DNA from: an uncultured Rhabdochlamydiaceae bacterium
GTDB lineage: Bacteria > Chlamydiota > Chlamydiia > Chlamydiales > Rhabdochlamydiaceae
Length of the DNA: 64,000 nt
Direction of reading: 5' to 3'
NCBI GenBank assembly: GCA_963712275.1
Contig: CAVQHD010000001.1
Coordinates: 1,632,001 to 1,696,000 of the forward strand
A program made the translations under genes and the position numbers. The stretch's first letter is position 1; every line of letters begins with the position of its first letter. Below, piece after piece: positions 21,840 through 31,983 of the stretch. The notes below the pieces were generated by a model, which saw only the letters and a list, made by a program, of their open reading frames with translations, was not told where the DNA came from and did not search any database.

Positions 21840-22742
21840 TTAAAAAGAAACAGCAAGGCTCACGTTCACTCCCGTAAAAATATAAGAGTTGCTTGGCAAG
21901 CCTAGGGCAAGTCCCGTCGTTGTTTTGGCAGTGCTGCGGCCATCATGCCAAGTTTCGAAAAAGGGAGACACGATGACGGCAAGGCGGTCGCAAAAACCGG
22001 AAAATGTTAGCGGGACTTCCACAAAAAAGTTGGAGATTTTATAAGTCAGGCCCCACTGAGCTCCACTAAGCGGTTTAAGCCGCACGATAGGAAACACCTG
22101 CGGCATCCATTGGAAATTACATCCCCAGGAGAAGATAGAATTGACCGTGTTTTCAAAGAGAAATCCTACAGGGATGTAGAATTCTGTATAATCTAAGTCC
22201 AGAGAGGCTGAATTAACGCTTACCTTTTCAGCTAAATAACGAACTCCAGCTCCTGTAAAAAGTGTCAATCTATTGTGGCCGATTCTCTCTTTTCCAAAGG
22301 TATACCCCACTCGCTCCTGGCCATTAAAATCTTGCAGTTTTCGCTTCGTCGCACCGTTTTCAGTGGTTCCAGCCCGCCAGCTAAAAGCTGTTGCGGCATA
22401 AACCCAGTCTTGAGGCCGGTACTCATAAATGGCCCGAACTCCACCCAGACTGCCTTTTGTCGTGTGATTTCCCTTGGGTTTTATCCAGGCATATGAGTAA
22501 TTGCCTCCGACTTGAACCTGCTGAGAAAACTCACGAGGGGGAGCTTTCTTTTCATTATCTTTTTTCGCGCGATTGTCTTTAGATTTGTCCTTAGATGTTG
22601 TCCAAGCTAAGTAATCGCCCTCGTTTTGCGCCTGCGTAGAAAATTCAGCCGGAGGATTAACTGTTCCTTCCAGTTTAAGTGTCTCATCTGCATAGAGCAT
22701 GAGACTTGAAAGCATGAAGATCATTCCATAGTATTGTTTCAT
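21840..22742 (-). CDS. Outer-membrane beta-barrel protein
   Basis: Signal peptide, alternating amphipathic strands, C-terminal GVNVSLAVSF. Confidence 0.7.
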   Translation of the reverse strand: MKQYYGMIFMLSSLMLYADETLKLEGTVNPPAEFSTQAQNEGDYLAWTTSKDKSKDNRAKKDNEKKAPPREFSQQVQVGGNYSYAWIKPKGNHTTKGSLGGVRAIYEYRPQDWVYAATAFSWRAGTTENGATKRKLQDFNGQERVGYTFGKERIGHNRLTLFTGAGVRYLAEKVSVNSASLDLDYTEFYIPVGFLFENTVNSIFSWGCNFQWMPQVFPIVRLKPLSGAQWGLTYKISNFFVEVPLTFSGFCDRLAVIVSPFFETWHDGRSTAKTTTGLALGLPSNSYIFTGVNVSLAVSF

Positions 22743-22832
22743 TGAAAATCCTTGTTTACTAAATATTTCACTTAATGCAAACTGTAGTCACTATGGCTAG
22801 AAATTGTCTAGCAAAATTTTAAAGGAAGTACG

Positions 22833-24476
22833 ATGAAAGCGATAAAACAGTGTCTATGGCTTGTGCTTTTCTGTAAGGGTCTTGTTGCAGGTGGAATTTT
22901 CGATTCGCAATCTGCACTAGAAGGGTATGCTGTAGAAGCAACCGGTTTTTATGAAGAATATGTTGCAGAACAAGCGCTCATCAACGCAGAGGTGGGCTTA
23001 GGAGCTACTGCGTCTCCCTTTCAACCTCCCGCGCTTCCTTCCCCACCTGCCGACCCTCCAGCACCCGCCCCTATGGCAGGTTATGTACCCATTGTCATCG
23101 TCAATAGCAGCGGTTTTCCAGATACCGATGTGTATATCACCATTATTGGAGCTCAAGTCATAGGAACAACCGCTCAAACCCAGAAAATGTACATGACATT
23201 TAATTCCTCTGGCGTGGGTTCCTATACGCTTGTGCCTGCCAGCGGCAGCGGCTCGGTGCCAAATGTTCAGCTGAGCACCGTCAACACTCCCATGACCGCA
23301 AATACTTATGCGATCTATGTCCCGGCAAATGATGCAGGATCCGATGGGATATCGGGTGCAAGGATCTATTTCCAAATTAACAATAGCACAGAGCTCGTCA
23401 CCTATAGCGGCGGCTTGTTAACAGAACCTACCGTTTTAAATCAGTCGCTCTCCTCCTACAGCATCTCTTTTGACAAGTATGAATTTGCCTATATCCCCAA
23501 CGGCAGCCCCCAAATTGCAGCGGATGGAACAGCCGTCGACTTTTTCTGCCTTCCACTCTACGGCTTTCTTTCAACGCCAGATACAGGTTCGCCAAACCAT
23601 TCCGGCCTCTATGAACCTCAAAGTTTCATTATGAAAACGGTCGTTCCCTATTTTTTTAATAATAAATGCACTGGCAGCTTTAAATCCGCTATTTTGGCTC
23701 AGTGGAACAACCTCTTCTCTCCAACGGAGTCTAACCCCATTCGCGTTCTCTCTCCTGGATCTGCAATGAGTGTAGGAACGGGGAGCACGTTTCCCAATAA
23801 GTTCGATCCTAACTATTTTGATAACGCCAGTGCTTATGGATTTAGTTTGCTCCAATATCTTTGGTCTGGGGCAGCGAGCTATTATCGAACAAACGGGCTC
23901 TATTTTGCCATTCCAGCTTCTGGCTTGTATCCACAACCAGGGACTTGCGCGACTAACATGGTTTCAGGCGTCTACACAGCGACCATTAATGGGAGCAATG
24001 TCATGAATCTTTGCCCCTCGTTTACAACCGAATCGGAGTCTTATTTCCCTGCGCCAAGCACAGCGAATGCCTCAAATCCTTCTCCGACAAACGGCCCTAC
24101 GTCCTACTTGATTTTTGCATCACAAAACTTAAATTCCACCTTCGCGGCCAACCTTCAAGGAAACCAGGTGAGCAAACTTTTTGAAGAGGCGATGATTGCA
24201 GGTCTTCTGCCAGCAGCTTTTTCACCTACCAATCCTCTTAGCAACAGCTATCTATCTGCCAACTCAGGCAGCTATTACAGCAATAGCGCCAATTTGCCAG
24301 CAAGCGCTGGAGGACCTTGGTATAGCCTTTATTCTGAAGCAATTCACTACTGCGGACCTATTTATGCCTATGGGTTCGATGAGCCTCTCTATCCCAACGT
24401 CCTTATGCAGTGCACCACACCTACGTCAACCACCTACATTGGCATCACGATCGGGACTTGCGATTTAGTCCCTTAG
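22833..24476 (+). CDS. Secreted beta-1,3-glucanase family (GH64-like) protein
   Basis: Signal peptide; GARIYF, DKYEFAY, TAVDFFCLPL, IRVLSPG, YSEAIH and YAYGFDE motifs. Confidence 0.65.
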   Translation: MKAIKQCLWLVLFCKGLVAGGIFDSQSALEGYAVEATGFYEEYVAEQALINAEVGLGATASPFQPPALPSPPADPPAPAPMAGYVPIVIVNSSGFPDTDVYITIIGAQVIGTTAQTQKMYMTFNSSGVGSYTLVPASGSGSVPNVQLSTVNTPMTANTYAIYVPANDAGSDGISGARIYFQINNSTELVTYSGGLLTEPTVLNQSLSSYSISFDKYEFAYIPNGSPQIAADGTAVDFFCLPLYGFLSTPDTGSPNHSGLYEPQSFIMKTVVPYFFNNKCTGSFKSAILAQWNNLFSPTESNPIRVLSPGSAMSVGTGSTFPNKFDPNYFDNASAYGFSLLQYLWSGAASYYRTNGLYFAIPASGLYPQPGTCATNMVSGVYTATINGSNVMNLCPSFTTESESYFPAPSTANASNPSPTNGPTSYLIFASQNLNSTFAANLQGNQVSKLFEEAMIAGLLPAAFSPTNPLSNSYLSANSGSYYSNSANLPASAGGPWYSLYSEAIHYCGPIYAYGFDEPLYPNVLMQCTTPTSTTYIGITIGTCDLVP

Positions 24477-24477
24477 A

Positions 24478-24594
24478 AGAGGAAAATCGGGCAAGGGGAC
24501 GGGCACGGTAACGTTCACGAAAGAAAAATCAGTCAAATTTTTATCCCATTTAGGAGATCTCTTTCGTGAACGTTACCGTGCCCGATTTTCCTCT
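24478..24594. repeat. Fold-back palindromic element F
   Basis: Perfect 25-bp IR at 24500-24524 / 24560-24584, plus outer IR AGAGGAAAATCGGGCA at 24478-24493 / 24579-24594. Confidence 0.8.
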
Positions 24595-24639
24595 GCTAGT
24601 TACCAGTTATTTCCTGACAGAGCCTTGGCACCGCTCTAC

Positions 24640-25026
24640 CTACCGATGTCCACCTCCGCCATGCCCTCCACCACCATGACCTCCACTATGGCCTCCAGAC
24701 TGGCCACCTTCATGACCACCGCCTCCCGCTCCCCCCTCATCGCCGTGCTCACCTCTGTCACGTGAAGAATAGTAAACAGGGTGATCATGATGATAATAAT
24801 TGCGATTAGGCGGGTAGTCCCCATGATTTCGGCGCCATCTCCAGTAGTTATCTTCATCATCGAACCAAATCCCATAATAGAAACCTGGACCAAACCAGAC
24901 ATCTTCCTCTATATAAACATTAGACTGCTTTTGTTTAGATTGATCTGAGCTATCTGAATATAAGGGACTCAGGGAAAGAATAAACGGCGATAAGATAAGA
25001 AAATACCGCCTGCATTGATATGACAT
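24640..25026 (-). CDS. Small exported protein with aromatic core and Gly/His-rich tail
   Basis: AGGAGGAG RBS, signal peptide, WFGPGFYYGIWF, GGHGGGGH repeats. Confidence 0.7.
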   Translation of the reverse strand: MSYQCRRYFLILSPFILSLSPLYSDSSDQSKQKQSNVYIEEDVWFGPGFYYGIWFDDEDNYWRWRRNHGDYPPNRNYYHHDHPVYYSSRDRGEHGDEGGAGGGGHEGGQSGGHSGGHGGGGHGGGGHR

Positions 25027-25065
25027 ATCTCCTCCTATGAATAATAATCTCAGCTCATATAGGTT

Positions 25066-25344
25066 TTATCCATTTTGTAGCAAGGCGGAACGTTGTTCTA
25101 AGGCAGGACGAGTCGATTTCCAATGAGCTCTAAGGGCCGTTCGGTCCACCATCACGCCGCTCGGAAATAACTCTTTTACGATAAACCAAGCATGCCGTTT
25201 GATAAGTAATTCTTTGCTCTCGGTTAAGTTGGTCGTATAGACTCTGCTGCCTAGTTTGCGCAGCCGTCCCTTCTTCAAGTCCTTCGAGACCTGGGATGCT
25301 AGAGCTGCATTTGAGACAAAGACCTCTGGCAAGAATTTGGTCAT
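25066..25344 (-). pseudogene. N-terminal fragment of a long Fic-family protein
   Basis: PEVFVS...GRLRKLGSRVYTTNL...FP...DRTAL resembles the N-terminus of long Fic proteins (from recall). There is no HPFxxGNGR motif and the ORF ends after 92 aa. Confidence 0.55.
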
Positions 25345-25449
25345 TAAGTTCCCCTTTTTACCCTACTTTGGCAACTTTTTGGGTTTTAAGACAGCTTTTT
25401 TGCAACTTTTTGGGATTTTAAGGATTTTTGATGTCGTTAGATAGCATTC

Positions 25450-27564
25450 TTGTGTAAAATTTGCCGCAAAAGGTTAAAAATGGCGCATTCTCCTAGATCA
25501 ATTTTTCTCCCAATGACTCCCTTACCAGGGGGACAAAAGGTATTGTTCGCCTTGGGAACAGGAATCTTTGCATACCAGATTCTTACTGAACTAGTCCACA
25601 GAGTAGCCCAGGAACATTTTGAAAATCAAGATGTTAATCCGACTTATGTAGTAGGTGTCTTAACTATGTGCTGCATCGGTGTAATAGCTTCCTGCACCTC
25701 CCCTTTGTTGATCTATTTCTGCTTTGCCACAACAGGGATCATGGCATTCATCCTTTATCGATCTCCAATATCATTAGGAAGTCCTCCACCTTCCGGATTG
25801 TTAGACATGGTCGCAGCAGCAGAATTTCATCCCGAGTGGGGATATTGCTTACCTGATGAGACACTTCTTCCTCTCCTTGAAACAGCCCTAAAACATCCTG
25901 ATAAACAAAACATTATACTCCTGGGAGACACCAAGATAGGCAAAACATTGCAAATCGAATATCTAGCTTGGATGTTAAAGCATAAGAAACTTCCCAAAAA
26001 CTCTCCTTTGGAAAAATTAAGACTTTTTGCATGGGGTAACGACGATCCCACAGATGTTGCTATTACATCAATACTTAAATTCTTCAAGGATCATCCTAAT
26101 GCCTTTTTCTTTATCGATAGAATACCTCACAACCTCTTGACTTTTGGAAAAATTCAATCTGCTATGCAACGAGGAGAGTTACGGCTCATCGGAACAGCAA
26201 CTTCGGATGAATATCGAGAAAAATTTGCTTCTGATAATACTTTGAATGGCCTATGGCATCAATTGCCCATGAATGAACCCTCTAAAGAACAGTGTGTTAA
26301 GATACTGGAGATGAAAATTCCTCTTTTGCTCAAAAAATATGGCGGCTTAAGTGTCTCAAAAGAGGCTCTTGATGTCGCAATTCTCTTGTCTAAAATGATC
26401 TGGCCCAAATTGAAGCAACCAGCCAGCGCATATGATCTATTGAATAGAATTTGCCCTTATGTTGTTACGGGTATGTCACCAAGTTCATCTGGATTAGTCA
26501 TAGGCGCTAAAGAAATCATCCAAGGGGCAAAAGAAGCACGATTAATTGAAAATGATTTTGATCTATCCCAGCTGAATCCTCCTAAACAAGATTTGTCTTC
26601 TTCAGCAACTCAGGAGTTACTACCCGTAGGACTTATCGATATGATTGCTCAAGCAGAATCTCATCCAGAATGGGCTTATGGTGCAAATATTGACGATTTG
26701 ATCCCTAAAATTGTAACTGCTCAAGCAGAATCGTGGAGGAAAAGTATCTTACTGCAAGGACATCAAACTAATATAAATCTTTTAATACAGAATTTAGCCT
26801 GGAGAATTAAAAACAAAACACTGCCTTCATTAGCTCTCTTAGAACACATTAGAATTGTTAGACTTAACCCCAACCAACTGTTAAACGATGGTTCTTATGG
26901 TTCTGCTAAAGGAGAGGTTGTTAAAAAAATTATCGAGTATTTAGTAAGTCGCCCCAATACTATCTGTGTTATTGAAAATGCCAATTTTCTTTTAGAGGAA
27001 CCTTCCTTGTTATCAAACAATGATAGAAAAGCAATTCTTGCAATCACAGAAGCCTTAAGTGAAGGGAAGTTACGGCTGATTGGAACAATACCTGGTTTGG
27101 ACTTCAAGAATAAGGATACTCAAAATAAAGAATTACAGATAATTTTGAGTTTCGAAAGTAAGAACCCCCAAATGGAACAATACTGGATGATCCATGAAGT
27201 CCCAGAACTTGAGTCACATCAATGTATTAAGCTTCTAATACAAGCCAAAGAAAATATAGAACGTCGCTATTCTGGAATAAAAATTGCTGAAGAGGTTGCT
27301 AAAGCATCTGTTATTTTAGCTAAGGCCTACAAGCCCCAGAATAAAAGCCTATGGGAATCTGCCTATGATTTATTATGTCAAGGATGCACTCAAAAGTTAT
27401 TGTCAAAAAATACTGACTCTACATTGGCTACGCAAGATCTTGCCATAGTAGTCATCAACCAAAAAATGACCAAAGATCCGTATAGAAAGCTCCTTGAAAT
27501 CGTTGAGAAAAAATTAATGGCCGACGATCTTAATATCAGCGATAATGAAGATTACGTTCTTTAA
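25450..27564 (+). CDS. Membrane-anchored protein with two degenerate ClpA/B NBD1-like AAA+ domains
   Basis: NIILLGDTKIGKT, RGELRLIGTATSDEYR and EPS..C..IL motifs; second copy EGKLRLIGT. Likely start ATG 25480. Confidence 0.7.
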   Translation: MCKICRKRLKMAHSPRSIFLPMTPLPGGQKVLFALGTGIFAYQILTELVHRVAQEHFENQDVNPTYVVGVLTMCCIGVIASCTSPLLIYFCFATTGIMAFILYRSPISLGSPPPSGLLDMVAAAEFHPEWGYCLPDETLLPLLETALKHPDKQNIILLGDTKIGKTLQIEYLAWMLKHKKLPKNSPLEKLRLFAWGNDDPTDVAITSILKFFKDHPNAFFFIDRIPHNLLTFGKIQSAMQRGELRLIGTATSDEYREKFASDNTLNGLWHQLPMNEPSKEQCVKILEMKIPLLLKKYGGLSVSKEALDVAILLSKMIWPKLKQPASAYDLLNRICPYVVTGMSPSSSGLVIGAKEIIQGAKEARLIENDFDLSQLNPPKQDLSSSATQELLPVGLIDMIAQAESHPEWAYGANIDDLIPKIVTAQAESWRKSILLQGHQTNINLLIQNLAWRIKNKTLPSLALLEHIRIVRLNPNQLLNDGSYGSAKGEVVKKIIEYLVSRPNTICVIENANFLLEEPSLLSNNDRKAILAITEALSEGKLRLIGTIPGLDFKNKDTQNKELQIILSFESKNPQMEQYWMIHEVPELESHQCIKLLIQAKENIERRYSGIKIAEEVAKASVILAKAYKPQNKSLWESAYDLLCQGCTQKLLSKNTDSTLATQDLAIVVINQKMTKDPYRKLLEIVEKKLMADDLNISDNEDYVL

Positions 27565-28048
27565 CTCGCGGATGGAAGCACCTCTTCGTGAAAAAAGACC
27601 CCGCGTCGGCGTGGGGATTGTTGTCGTCAAAGAGAGCCGTGTACTTCTTGGAAAAAGAAAAGGAGCTCATGGAGCAGGAACGTGGTCGTTTCCAGGCGGG
27701 CATCTGGAATTTGGGGAGAGCGTAGAAGAGTGCGCCCATCGAGAGCTGGCCGAAGAGACAGGATTAAAAGCTCTCTCACTCCAGCTGGGTCCTTGGACAA
27801 ACGACCTCATCGATGAAACCAAGCACTACATCACCCTTTTTGCTTTCGTCAATCACTTTGAAGGAGAGCTGCGACTTTTAGAGCCTCATAAATGTGAGGG
27901 GTGGGAGTGGTTTGAGTGTGATGAAATGCCGGCCCCGCTCTTTCTCCCCGTGCATTCTTTAATCCAAAAAATAGGTCTCGAAGGCTTGAGAAATATTTCA
28001 TTGAGTGGCAAAATTGTTTTTAACGCAGTTGAGCCGGAGTCTCTATGA
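27545..28048 (+). CDS. NUDIX hydrolase (NUDT15/MutT-like)
   Basis: GGHLEFGESVEECAHRELAEETGL and EPHKCEGWEW motifs. Confidence 0.9.
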   Translation: MKITFFNSRMEAPLREKRPRVGVGIVVVKESRVLLGKRKGAHGAGTWSFPGGHLEFGESVEECAHRELAEETGLKALSLQLGPWTNDLIDETKHYITLFAFVNHFEGELRLLEPHKCEGWEWFECDEMPAPLFLPVHSLIQKIGLEGLRNISLSGKIVFNAVEPESL

Positions 28049-28506
28049 AAACCAGTCTAGATACCATCGTCTACCAAGAGCCGACTCCCCAGTTCAAGCC
28101 GCTGTTTGAAATTGCAGCACTCTATATCGAACATGGCGACAAAATCTTGCTTCTTCACAGGCAGGAAAATAAATCTCAAGGAAATAGATGGGGCATCCCG
28201 GGTGGGAAAATTGCAAATGGAGAAGCGCCGCTCCAGGCAATTGTCCGGGAAGCTTTAGAAGAAACAGGCTACGATTTTTCGAAGGAGCTTATCGAAGCTT
28301 TAATGACTGTGTATATCGAGTACAATCCTAAACTCCATTTTGTCTACCATATGTTTCGGACCAAAATGGTCTTTAATCCCGAGGCAATTAAAATCAACTT
28401 CGATGAGCATAAAGGCTTCACATGGGTCACTCCGCAAGACGGCCTAAAAATGAGCCTGATTGAAGGCGAAGCCGAGTGTTTTAAACTCATCTATAAAGAT
28501 CTTTGA
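28045..28506 (+). CDS. NUDIX hydrolase
   Basis: PGGKIANGEAPLQAIVREALEETG. Confidence 0.88.
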   Translation: MKTSLDTIVYQEPTPQFKPLFEIAALYIEHGDKILLLHRQENKSQGNRWGIPGGKIANGEAPLQAIVREALEETGYDFSKELIEALMTVYIEYNPKLHFVYHMFRTKMVFNPEAIKINFDEHKGFTWVTPQDGLKMSLIEGEAECFKLIYKDL

Positions 28507-28560
28507 GTTGAAAAACTCTTTCCTTTATCCCGCTAAATATTTTAATATTTTGAATCAGTT

Positions 28561-29256
28561 ATGAACCTAAAAGCGTCTGTTCCTGAGATGTTCAATGCGA
28601 TCTCTTCTCGATACGACCGAATCAATCTGGTTTTATCTTTGGGGCTGGATCGGTATTGGAGAAAAGCGGTGGGCCGCCTCCTTCCTAAAAAGAAGCGGCT
28701 TAAACTTCTTGACTGTGCGACGGGAACTGCCGATCAACTTGTGACACTGCTCCGAAACCACCCTCAAGTGTACGATGCTGTCGGGATTGATCCCGCGAAG
28801 GAAATGCTTGCCTTGGCAGCCCCAAAAATCGCCCCTTTCTTTTATCGAGCAAAGGTGATCGAAGGATCAGCTGAAGCCATCCCTTTCTCCGATAAGATGT
28901 TCGACGTCGTCACGATCTCTTTTGGCATTCGAAATGTCAAAAACCTCTCTCAAAGTTTAAAAGAGATGCATCGAGTCTTAATCCCTCAAGGGCGGCTCAT
29001 TATTTTAGAGTTTTCCCACCCTACTCTGCAACCTATCCGCTTTTTACATAGCTGTTATTTAAACTGGGTTGTTCCTTCCATCGGAAGATGGCTTTCTCAA
29101 AACAAAGAGGCCTATACCTATCTCCACAAAACGATTGAGCAGTTCCCTCAAGGAGAAGCTCTCTGCGAGATTTTGAGGGAAGCGGGATTCAAAAACGTCC
29201 AAGCAAAGCCGCTGACTCTTGGAATCGTCACTCTCTATACAGGGGAAAAGGCTTGA
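28561..29256 (+). CDS. menG: Demethylmenaquinone methyltransferase
   Basis: YDRINLVLSLGLDRYWR, LDCATGTAD and ISFGIRNV motifs. Confidence 0.92.
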   Translation: MNLKASVPEMFNAISSRYDRINLVLSLGLDRYWRKAVGRLLPKKKRLKLLDCATGTADQLVTLLRNHPQVYDAVGIDPAKEMLALAAPKIAPFFYRAKVIEGSAEAIPFSDKMFDVVTISFGIRNVKNLSQSLKEMHRVLIPQGRLIILEFSHPTLQPIRFLHSCYLNWVVPSIGRWLSQNKEAYTYLHKTIEQFPQGEALCEILREAGFKNVQAKPLTLGIVTLYTGEKA

Positions 29257-30293
29257 CCTCTATCTTAGAGTTTTTAAAAACCTCTTCTTCTTTTCCTCGC
29301 TTTTTTTGGAAAGATCGAGAAAGCTTAGCAACTTATGTTGGATATGGAGAAAACAAAAAACCCTCAGAAAAAGAAATATTCACATTTAAAGCCCAAACAT
29401 TTTATCCAGGCGATTGTAATGGGATTTGGAGCGATTTTCCCAAACAGTGGACCTTCTCTCCTCAGCAACTGATCTCTTCAGATTGGGCGCCAGCCTCTAT
29501 AACGCCTGATCTACCCCATTGCATTCAACGAACCGACACCCCCTCCATTGATCAGTGGGAGAACCTTGTAAACAACGCCCGTGAAAAAATTCAAAAAGAG
29601 GTCTTTCGAAAGGTCGTTCTTCCTCGCCGCACCACTTTGACGTTTGATGCCCCTTTAAAATCTGCTGAGATTTTAAAAGGGTTGTTCGCCTTTGGAAATG
29701 AGACTTCGCTTTTCATGGTCCAGCTAGATCCTTCCACTGCTTTTATAGGAGCAAGCCCCGAAAAATTATTTTCTCGCTCCGATCGCAATCTATGGACAGA
29801 GGCACTAGCAGGAACCATTGATAGCTCAGAAAAATGGAGCCCAAAAGAATTTGCAGAGGTTGAAGCCGTCCGCCTCTTTTTACAGCAACAATTACTTCCT
29901 TGCTGTCAAAACCTTCAGTGGGAAACTCCTGAAGAGCGCCCTTTTGGAAACTTAAAACACTTATATCAGAGGCTGAAAGGATGTTTAAAAACCGACATCT
30001 CTGATGCCGTATTGATTTCAAAGCTCCATCCAACGCCTGCACTGGGGGGATTTCCAAGAGATCCGTCTCTGCAGTATCTTCGGTCGATTGAGATGTTCGA
30101 TCGTGGATGGTACGGGGCTCCGATTGGGCTGATTTCAGAATCGGGAACAAACCTGGCAGTCGCTATTCGTTCGATGGTTGTGCGCGGCCACCACCTCCAT
30201 CTTTTCTCTGGAGCCGGAATTGTGAAAGGATCCAACCCTCTGAAAGAGTGGGAAGAACTCGATCGTAAAATTGCGCATGTTTTGAGATGGTAA
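29253..30293 (+). CDS. menF: Isochorismate synthase
   Basis: KVVLPR, GASPEKL, ALAGT, LHPTPALGG and GAGIV motifs. Confidence 0.9.
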   Translation: MTSILEFLKTSSSFPRFFWKDRESLATYVGYGENKKPSEKEIFTFKAQTFYPGDCNGIWSDFPKQWTFSPQQLISSDWAPASITPDLPHCIQRTDTPSIDQWENLVNNAREKIQKEVFRKVVLPRRTTLTFDAPLKSAEILKGLFAFGNETSLFMVQLDPSTAFIGASPEKLFSRSDRNLWTEALAGTIDSSEKWSPKEFAEVEAVRLFLQQQLLPCCQNLQWETPEERPFGNLKHLYQRLKGCLKTDISDAVLISKLHPTPALGGFPRDPSLQYLRSIEMFDRGWYGAPIGLISESGTNLAVAIRSMVVRGHHLHLFSGAGIVKGSNPLKEWEELDRKIAHVLRW

Positions 30294-30297
30294 ACTT

Positions 30298-31983
30298 GTG
30301 AATAGTCGCTTTGCACAGCAAATCATTGGGCATTTGGTCTCACAGGGAATCCGCCGCGTCTGCTTGTCGCCAGGCTCCCGCTCGACTCCACTTGCTCTTG
30401 CAGCCGCTCGCGAGCCTCGCCTTGAAAAACGGGTCCACTTTGATGAACGGGGAGCTGCTTTTCATGCCTATGGCTATGCGAAAGGGTCCTCATTTCCTGT
30501 GGCGATCATTTCAACATCGGGAAGCGCAGTTGGCAACTTGTTTCCTGCGGTCATGGAAGCCTCCTATGACCACATCCCTTTAATCATCTTGACAGCCGAT
30601 CGACCTACCGAACTTCGAGATTGCATGGCGAATCAAACCTGCGACCAGGTCAAATTCTTCGGAAACTATGTTCGGTGGTATGCAGAAATTCCTGTTGCAG
30701 AGCCTGGGCTCTCAGACGCCTGGCTTGAAGGAACGGTTGCTCACGCTGTTTACCAAGCGATGCAATCCCCTCAGGGGCCCGTCCATTTAAATTGTCAATT
30801 TCGCGAGCCGTTTTCATCCAATATCATCTACCCCACGACCTCCACCATTCAATATGAACCCTCCTATGCAATGGCAGCAGATGAAACCATTCATAAATGG
30901 GGGCAGCAGCTAGCCTCTTCTAAGCGGGGCGTCATTGTCACAGGAGCGATGCCTTACCATTCTAGGAATTATGCCTCTCTATTTGCGCTTGCAGAAAAAC
31001 TTGATTGGCCGATTCTTCCGGACCTCATGTCAGGGATTCGCTCTGAAGCTGAGCACCCAGCGGTGATCCCTTATTACCTCGACATTTTAAAGTCGGTTTC
31101 AAACCTCGAACCGGACTGCATCTTGCATCTGGGCGACAGACTTATTTCAAAACCGATTCAGATGTGGCTGAATCGGCTAACCCCATCAACCCCCCATTTG
31201 ATGGTGGCAAGTCATCCGCTTCGAGGCGACCCTCATCACCGAGTCACCCACCGTCTGATGACAGATCCCCTCCTCTTTTGCAAGCAGCTCCTTCCTTGGC
31301 TAAGCCGTCGGACTTCATGGCTTGGCGAGTGGAAAAATTTAAGCCGCCTGCTCGAAGAGCGCCTGGATCCTGTGCTCTTAGAGCCTCTCTCTGAACCGGG
31401 TCTTATCCGTTATTTGCATCACCATCTTCCTTCCCACTACGCCATTTACTTTTCAAACAGCATGCCTGTGCGAGATGCAGACCGCCTTTTTTTCCCCAAG
31501 ACGTCTCGAGGACCTATTTTTGGGCAACGGGGGCTCTCAGGAATTGACGGCAATATCGCGACAGCAATTGGACTTGCAGAAGGAGCAGGACGCCCCCTGA
31601 TTGCAATTTTAGGCGACCAAGCAGCGCTCCATGACTTAAACTCCTTGGCTCAGCTTCGATTCTCTAAGATCCCCGTGATTCTCCTGATCATTAACAACCA
31701 GGGCGGCGGAATTTTCTCTTTCCTTCCTATTTCTCAAGAGCACGAGGTGGCAGAAAAATACTTTGCAGCTGCGCATAGCTGGAAATTTTCAGGAGCTGCT
31801 GACATGTTTCAAATCCCTTACGCCATGCTCTCTGACCTCTCACAACTTCAACAAAGTCTTCGAGAAGAAAAGACCATTTTACTTGAATTTCCTTCCGATC
31901 GGCATCAAAATGTTTTAATCCATCAAGCTCTCGACCAAACATGCCGCGAGACACTAGAGCTTGCTTTAAAGGAGATCTATTAA
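30298..31983 (+). CDS. menD: SEPHCHC synthase
   Basis: [27 protein letters not shown] and RGLSGIDG motifs. Confidence 0.95.
   Translation: MNSRFAQQIIGHLVSQGIRRVCLSPGSRSTPLALAAAREPRLEKRVHFDERGAAFHAYGYAKGSSFPVAIISTSGSAVGNLFPAVMEASYDHIPLIILTADRPTELRDCMANQTCDQVKFFGNYVRWYAEIPVAEPGLSDAWLEGTVAHAVYQAMQSPQGPVHLNCQFREPFSSNIIYPTTSTIQYEPSYAMAADETIHKWGQQLASSKRGVIVTGAMPYHSRNYASLFALAEKLDWPILPDLMSGIRSEAEHPAVIPYYLDILKSVSNLEPDCILHLGDRLISKPIQMWLNRLTPSTPHLMVASHPLRGDPHHRVTHRLMTDPLLFCKQLLPWLSRRTSWLGEWKNLSRLLEERLDPVLLEPLSEPGLIRYLHHHLPSHYAIYFSNSMPVRDADRLFFPKTSRGPIFGQRGLSGIDGNIATAIGLAEGAGRPLIAILGDQAALHDLNSLAQLRFSKIPVILLIINNQGGGIFSFLPISQEHEVAEKYFAAAHSWKFSGAADMFQIPYAMLSDLSQLQQSLREEKTILLEFPSDRHQNVLIHQALDQTCRETLELALKEIY

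Noticed and set aside
25274..25284. TTCAAGTCCTT match to the tRNA-Thr T-arm as a possible attR
   Set aside because: Only 11 bp, does not include the tRNA 3' end, lies in coding sequence, and no integrase is present.
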